From assembly GCF_036321535.1 (NCBI RefSeq), contig NC_087437.1, positions 39,558,001 through 39,622,000 of the forward strand: DNA of 64,000 bases, read 5' to 3'. Every line of letters starts with the position of its first letter. Position 1 is the first letter of the stretch. Positions 59,561 through 64,000 of this stretch are shown here, piece after piece. The translations under genes were made by a program, and so were the position numbers. This DNA comes from Camelus dromedarius (lineage: Eukaryota). The notes beneath the pieces are model-generated. The model worked only from the letters and a program-made list of their open reading frames with translations. It searched no databases and had not been told where the DNA came from.

Positions 59561-60029
59561 GGAGGGTACAAGGGACAGAGCCCTGTCTGAGCCACACTTA
59601 AGCCTGGCTAACATCGGTACACTTGGAAACGCTTTAACATTCATCATTACTTATAGTGGGACACAGCCTGTTTTTCGTACTCTCCTAGGCTCATTTATGT
59701 TTCCCCAGGGTCAGTGCTAATAGGCATGGCTTTGTTAAATAGCCAGCGTATCATGAATTTGCACTTTAAATCAGTAAAATAAATAAATGATAATGGTGGG
59801 GACTAGAGATAGCAAGGCGATCAGGTGTCAGGCCGTGATGGTGTGCTTTCTGTTCTCTCCACTGAAAGGGTTTGGGGCCACTCGTCAGGCCATACTGCAC
59901 TCTGATCACACAGACTAATCACAGAAGTCTCAAAAGACGCTCACAAAGCAGAAAGACACCGAGGACGACAACGTGATCCACAACCCCTGCGGTACAGGCC
60001 TGCAGCCAGTGATTCACTGACTGAATGTT

Positions 60030-60650
60030 TTTGAGGGAATATTTCAGTCACCCATCGAATGCTAGGCATTTTGCTAAGGAATGAATACATAAGAAACTCA
60101 AGGGGATACACAAGTGAATAACAGAGTGGAACATGTTTTATGACAGATGCATGCAAGGGAGCCCAGAGGAATGTGCCAAACCTGTCTATCTTGCAGGAGA
60201 GAGGTTCCGAAAAGGCTTGGTAATGGATAAGAGTCAGCCAGGGGAAGTGGGAGGAGGGAGGCTGTTTCAAGCAGCAGGAAGAGCATGGACCAATGATGAA
60301 GGCAGGAAAGGACATGGCGGGCTCGTGAAAGGCAACGCTGTGGGGAAGTACGGTAGGTTTATAGGGTGCACGTCTGGGGGCGATGAAGTCAGAGAGGTTA
60401 GCAGGCCACTACGGGCTTTTTAGGTCCGTGCTAAGATGGGCCACTGAAAGTCGGAATGCCCCGCTGCAGCGCGAGAAGCCCAGCAGAGAGGTCAAATGGG
60501 ATGTCGTGGCTATTATCCACGTATGATACTGGTTTATTTTAACTAAAACCAATAATATGGGGGCCAGAAAGGTAAAAAAGTTAGTATTCAGATTCTAGGG
60601 TTTGTCAACTTTGGACTTAGAGTGTTAAAGAAGAGGGAGGTATTCTTAAG
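60030..60650 (-). mobile_element. L2 LINE fragment
   Basis: atgctaggcattttgctaagg, gggagcccagaggaa, aggaagagcatggaccaa, gatgaagtcagagaggttagcaggcc. Confidence 0.55.
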
Positions 60651-60809
60651 TCACCTTAGCTTTAAAGACAAGTTTCTCAACGACATAAACTGGGTAATGG
60701 AAATGTTTCCTATAGCCTGTGACACTAGTCACACGTTTAAGATCTAAATTTAGGATCTCAGCCAGCAGTCGGAACACAAACAGAACCTCCAAGCCACATA
60801 ATACGTGGA

Positions 60810-61040
60810 GAGGCATAGCTTTTAGAGACAGCAAGACCTTAATTTGAATGCTGACTCTACCACTTTCTGTCCATCTGATCTTGGCCAATTCACTCAGCCT
60901 GATGTAGCCTCAGTTTCCCTATCTGTAAAACGGAAATAATTCCTTTCTTACAGGTTTGATCTATGTCTAAAAGATGAAATGAGTTAATAAATGGAGAGCA
61001 TTCGATATCTATCATACAGTAGGTATACAAAGCATGTTTT
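60810..61040 (+). mobile_element. MIR SINE
   Basis: tgatcttggccaattcactcagcct..gcctcagtttccctatctgtaaaacggaaataat. Confidence 0.75.
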
Positions 61041-62486
61041 ATTTTCTCTTTCCTAAGAAACATTAAATCCTAGAAGTATGAAATACAAATCACCATTTAA
61101 ACAATATAAACATTATATGTAACATATCTGATATATGTAAGGATATGGATATGACACATTGAAAATGAAAAGCACCTGATGGGTTCAAGAGTGTTGCAAA
61201 GGCATGTGATTTATGAATGGTAGCCCTAATACAGTAATAGTCATCTCTATTTAAGTTTTCTAGAATAGTAACCTAAGCACTTATACTTTAAAAAAAAATA
61301 ATTGTTTGAAAACTTTTTACTGCTACCATTCAATGATGAAAGATGCCTTGTACCAGGGAAGGCCCAAGTTACGTTTTTTATGATCATCTAAGCACTCCCC
61401 CTTGTCAAAGAGCCCTTTCCCACTGGGTCAGACTCCCCATTCAGGCTCAGACTCCACCAGGCTTGTTGACAACTCTGGGTTTCTAAAGCCATTTACTTGT
61501 CACAGTTTCTAAGAAGAAAATAATTTCCAAAAGGCTCCCCAAAATACAACTGGTATAATGTATAAAGAGGCAGAATGCAGCTCAGCCAAAGGGAAAAACA
61601 TTCAAGTAAAGAGCCAGCCAATAGCGGCAGCTTCCTTTGCAGGAGCTGCAGAAGCAGAGGCTGAGGTTCCCCTGTCCAGAATGCCAGAGAGATGGGAAGT
61701 GGAGCGATCCCCACCGCTCAGGCAGGTGGGGATGGGTGACCCTTCCCAGTGCTCTTTCCAACTATACAACACTCAGAAGACACCACTAGATTATGCTGAA
61801 TCAAACCACATTATATTAAGAGAGAGAAATAGGAAAGAAAAAGAAAAAAGTATTACATTCTCATCCCAGTGATATAATTCAAGATGAATAAAATTGCCTT
61901 TTAATCCTACCTGAATATACATCACTAGTAATTATAATTCTTTTTGATCCCACCTTCTTTGATGTAGAATAGATTCTCTGACAAATATAAATTCCTCTGG
62001 CTGTGAAATGTCTTCATCTGTACTAGACTCCCAATTCTCATCCCCCAAATTCCCTTCCATATGGTCACACTGGCGAGGATTTTACTCAGGTAGAAATACT
62101 TTTCTCAGCAACAGAACATTAGATGGGAGGAACAGCTGTTAGATTTATAAAAGCCCCAAACCAAGCTCCCTGAAATGACTTTTGCACAGTGAAAGGATTC
62201 TCACCACAGCCTAAGGCATTGACAAAAAGTGTAACTAGGTGATGTCTCAGTCTAAATATTCAAAATTCCTTTGACCTCCATTTCAGAGAAGACCTCTGCT
62301 TACTTTACCTTCACTGTAGTATCAGCCAGATGGCAAACCAAGAACAGAGCCCCTCTATGAGAAGGGATTTGTTAGAACTGACACTGAGTAGCCGGGGAAA
62401 CTAACAAACACCAAGTGTGATGGGCCCTTCTACAGGCGCCATCACCGCCTCCAAGTGAGGCTGACGGTGGCATGGGCGGTACTGAC

Positions 62487-62589
62487 CGTGGATATCTGGC
62501 GCCATAGTTTCATGGGGATAGTCTTCACTCTTCATGAACAGCAGGAGCTCCTCTCCCGGGGCGATGTCTGCCACTACTCTATAAAATAT
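62487..62589 (-). CDS. MECOM: MECOM exon (~exon 4, 103 nt): end of the PR/SET domain (IFYRVVADIAPGEELLLF) and the EVI1 start codon (ATG 62535-62533)
   Basis: Acceptor ttttgaag|ATATTT, donor CACG|gtcagt; translates IFYRVVADIAPGEELLLFMKSEDYPHETMAPDIH. Confidence 0.96.
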
Positions 62590-63349
62590 CTTCAAAAGAC
62601 AGGTGGGGTGGGAAAGAGAGAAAGAGAAGTGAGTATTTAAAAGGGCAACATATACACTAAGATAACTCTACATTTTCCCACACCTTAACAAAAATACTCC
62701 TTTTTCTTTTCATCAAAAGAACTATGACTTCCTGTTTTATACATTGAAAATGAGCCCTCTGATGGCACATGGAAAGCTGTGACTCTCATACCAATTCACA
62801 AATCTTTTTTTCCAACTCCCACTTCACAAATCAAATTTTCTTAATGCAAGACTTGCTGTGTCACACCCACCCTGTGTAATGTTTAACAAAGCACTATCCC
62901 TGCTCTGAATTCCTGACTCTGCCGAACCACACACATACTCATAGAGTTGAACGTGTCCTCTGTTTTCCAGCAGTGGCCCAGCTAAGGGGCACCATCACCC
63001 CCTGCAACATGTCCTTAAAAGGAGCACCTTCTCAGCAAGGTGCTTCTAAGGTCATAGGTTGGAGAGACACAACATAAAGGATCATGACAGCAAGAGCTGT
63101 AGAGAACCTAGTCAAAAAAGAACATTTGTTTCTTAAAAACTCAATCCCTCTCTTACCAATCAGAAGTGGTACTCACAGATCCAGGACCTGCCTTCATCAC
63201 CCAGCTCCTGATCCCACTCTTCGAAAGCAGGCATTACGCCTTCAATTGACTCATTTACCAAGGTTTGGGGGTGGTGCTTATTCCTCTTACTTTCCAGCAA
63301 AATGCTGATGAGAGGAAGGATTTAATAAATCCATTAATGACTGACTAAA

Positions 63350-63620
63350 AAGCAGTGGGGTAAATGTGGAAAAAACCCTGACCTATAATTTCCAAGATCT
63401 GCCTACCTCTTCCCTGACCAGCTCTGTGACCTTAAGTAAGTCATTGCCCAATTTACTTGTCCAGGCTTCAGGGTTTCTTCATTCATAAAATCATTTAATT
63501 CTAGTTTGCAACATATACAAACACTGAGTCATTATGTTGTGCACCTGAAACTAATATAATGTTATATGTCAATTATATCTCAATAAAAATAGGAATTTAA
63601 CCATGAAACCATTTAAGGTG
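63350..63620 (+). mobile_element. MIR fragment followed or interrupted by a short L1 3' tail (~63503-63590)
   Basis: gctctgtgaccttaagtaagtca..tttcttcattcataaaat; then tttgcaacatatacaaacactgagtcattatgttgtgcacctgaaactaatataatgttatatgtcaattatatctcaataaaa. Confidence 0.7.
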
Positions 63621-63751
63621 CTTATTCATTTTACCATAAAGTATTCTTGGTTTTAAATTTTATCCTAAGACTATTAAAAAAAAACAATTCTGTAACCAGA
63701 TAGAGATTATGGAAGAAAAAAATAAAGTTAGTTAACTGGGGAAAATGAGAT

Positions 63752-63815
63752 CAGTTACATTCTCACACACACACACACACAAGCAGTTACATTCTCACAC
63801 ACACACACACACAAG
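63752..63815. repeat. Perfect 2 x 32-bp tandem duplication containing a (CA)n run
   Basis: cagttacattct-cacacacacacacacac-aag occurs twice (63752-63783 and 63784-63815). Confidence 0.95.
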
Positions 63816-64000
63816 CACAAATACCACCAAAAGCAACAACGACGACAACAACAAAACTAGGGATTTAATTCTGCTCAGTCTTGATCCAACGGGAAGAAAA
63901 ATCACATAACACAAACTGGTACACCCTAGTAGGTGGGAAGGATTTATTTTGAGAAGACATTCCTCTAACTGTAGCTTTTTTTCAGAACCACTTGATTTTA

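Overview
Mammalian genomic DNA containing the 3' part of MECOM (MDS1 and EVI1 complex locus, PRDM3) on the minus strand. I resolved 14 coding exons (about exons 4-17 in human numbering, from recall) between 62589 and 17601, all with GT-AG boundaries. From the EVI1 ATG (62535) they total 3156 nt, an intact 1051-aa EVI1 with 7+3 C2H2 zinc fingers, two CtBP-binding motifs and an acidic C-terminus. The upstream MDS1/PR-domain exons and the promoters lie beyond the right edge. The 3' UTR runs from 17600 to about 16140. Bases 1-15,000 are repeat-rich downstream intergenic DNA (L1, L2, MIR, ERVL/MaLR LTRs, a hAT fragment). Repeat content suggests a cetartiodactyl, possibly a camelid (inference). I found no new gene or novel system; nearly all other ORFs in the track are spurious. 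The best leads are isoform-control features: a 972-nt GT...AG segment inside the big exon (delta324, possibly recursive splicing), a 27-nt microexon, a NAGNAG acceptor, a weak/strong ATG pair, and a G-quadruplex plus miRNA seed sites in the 3' UTR. Repeat family names and boundaries are by eye and approximate.
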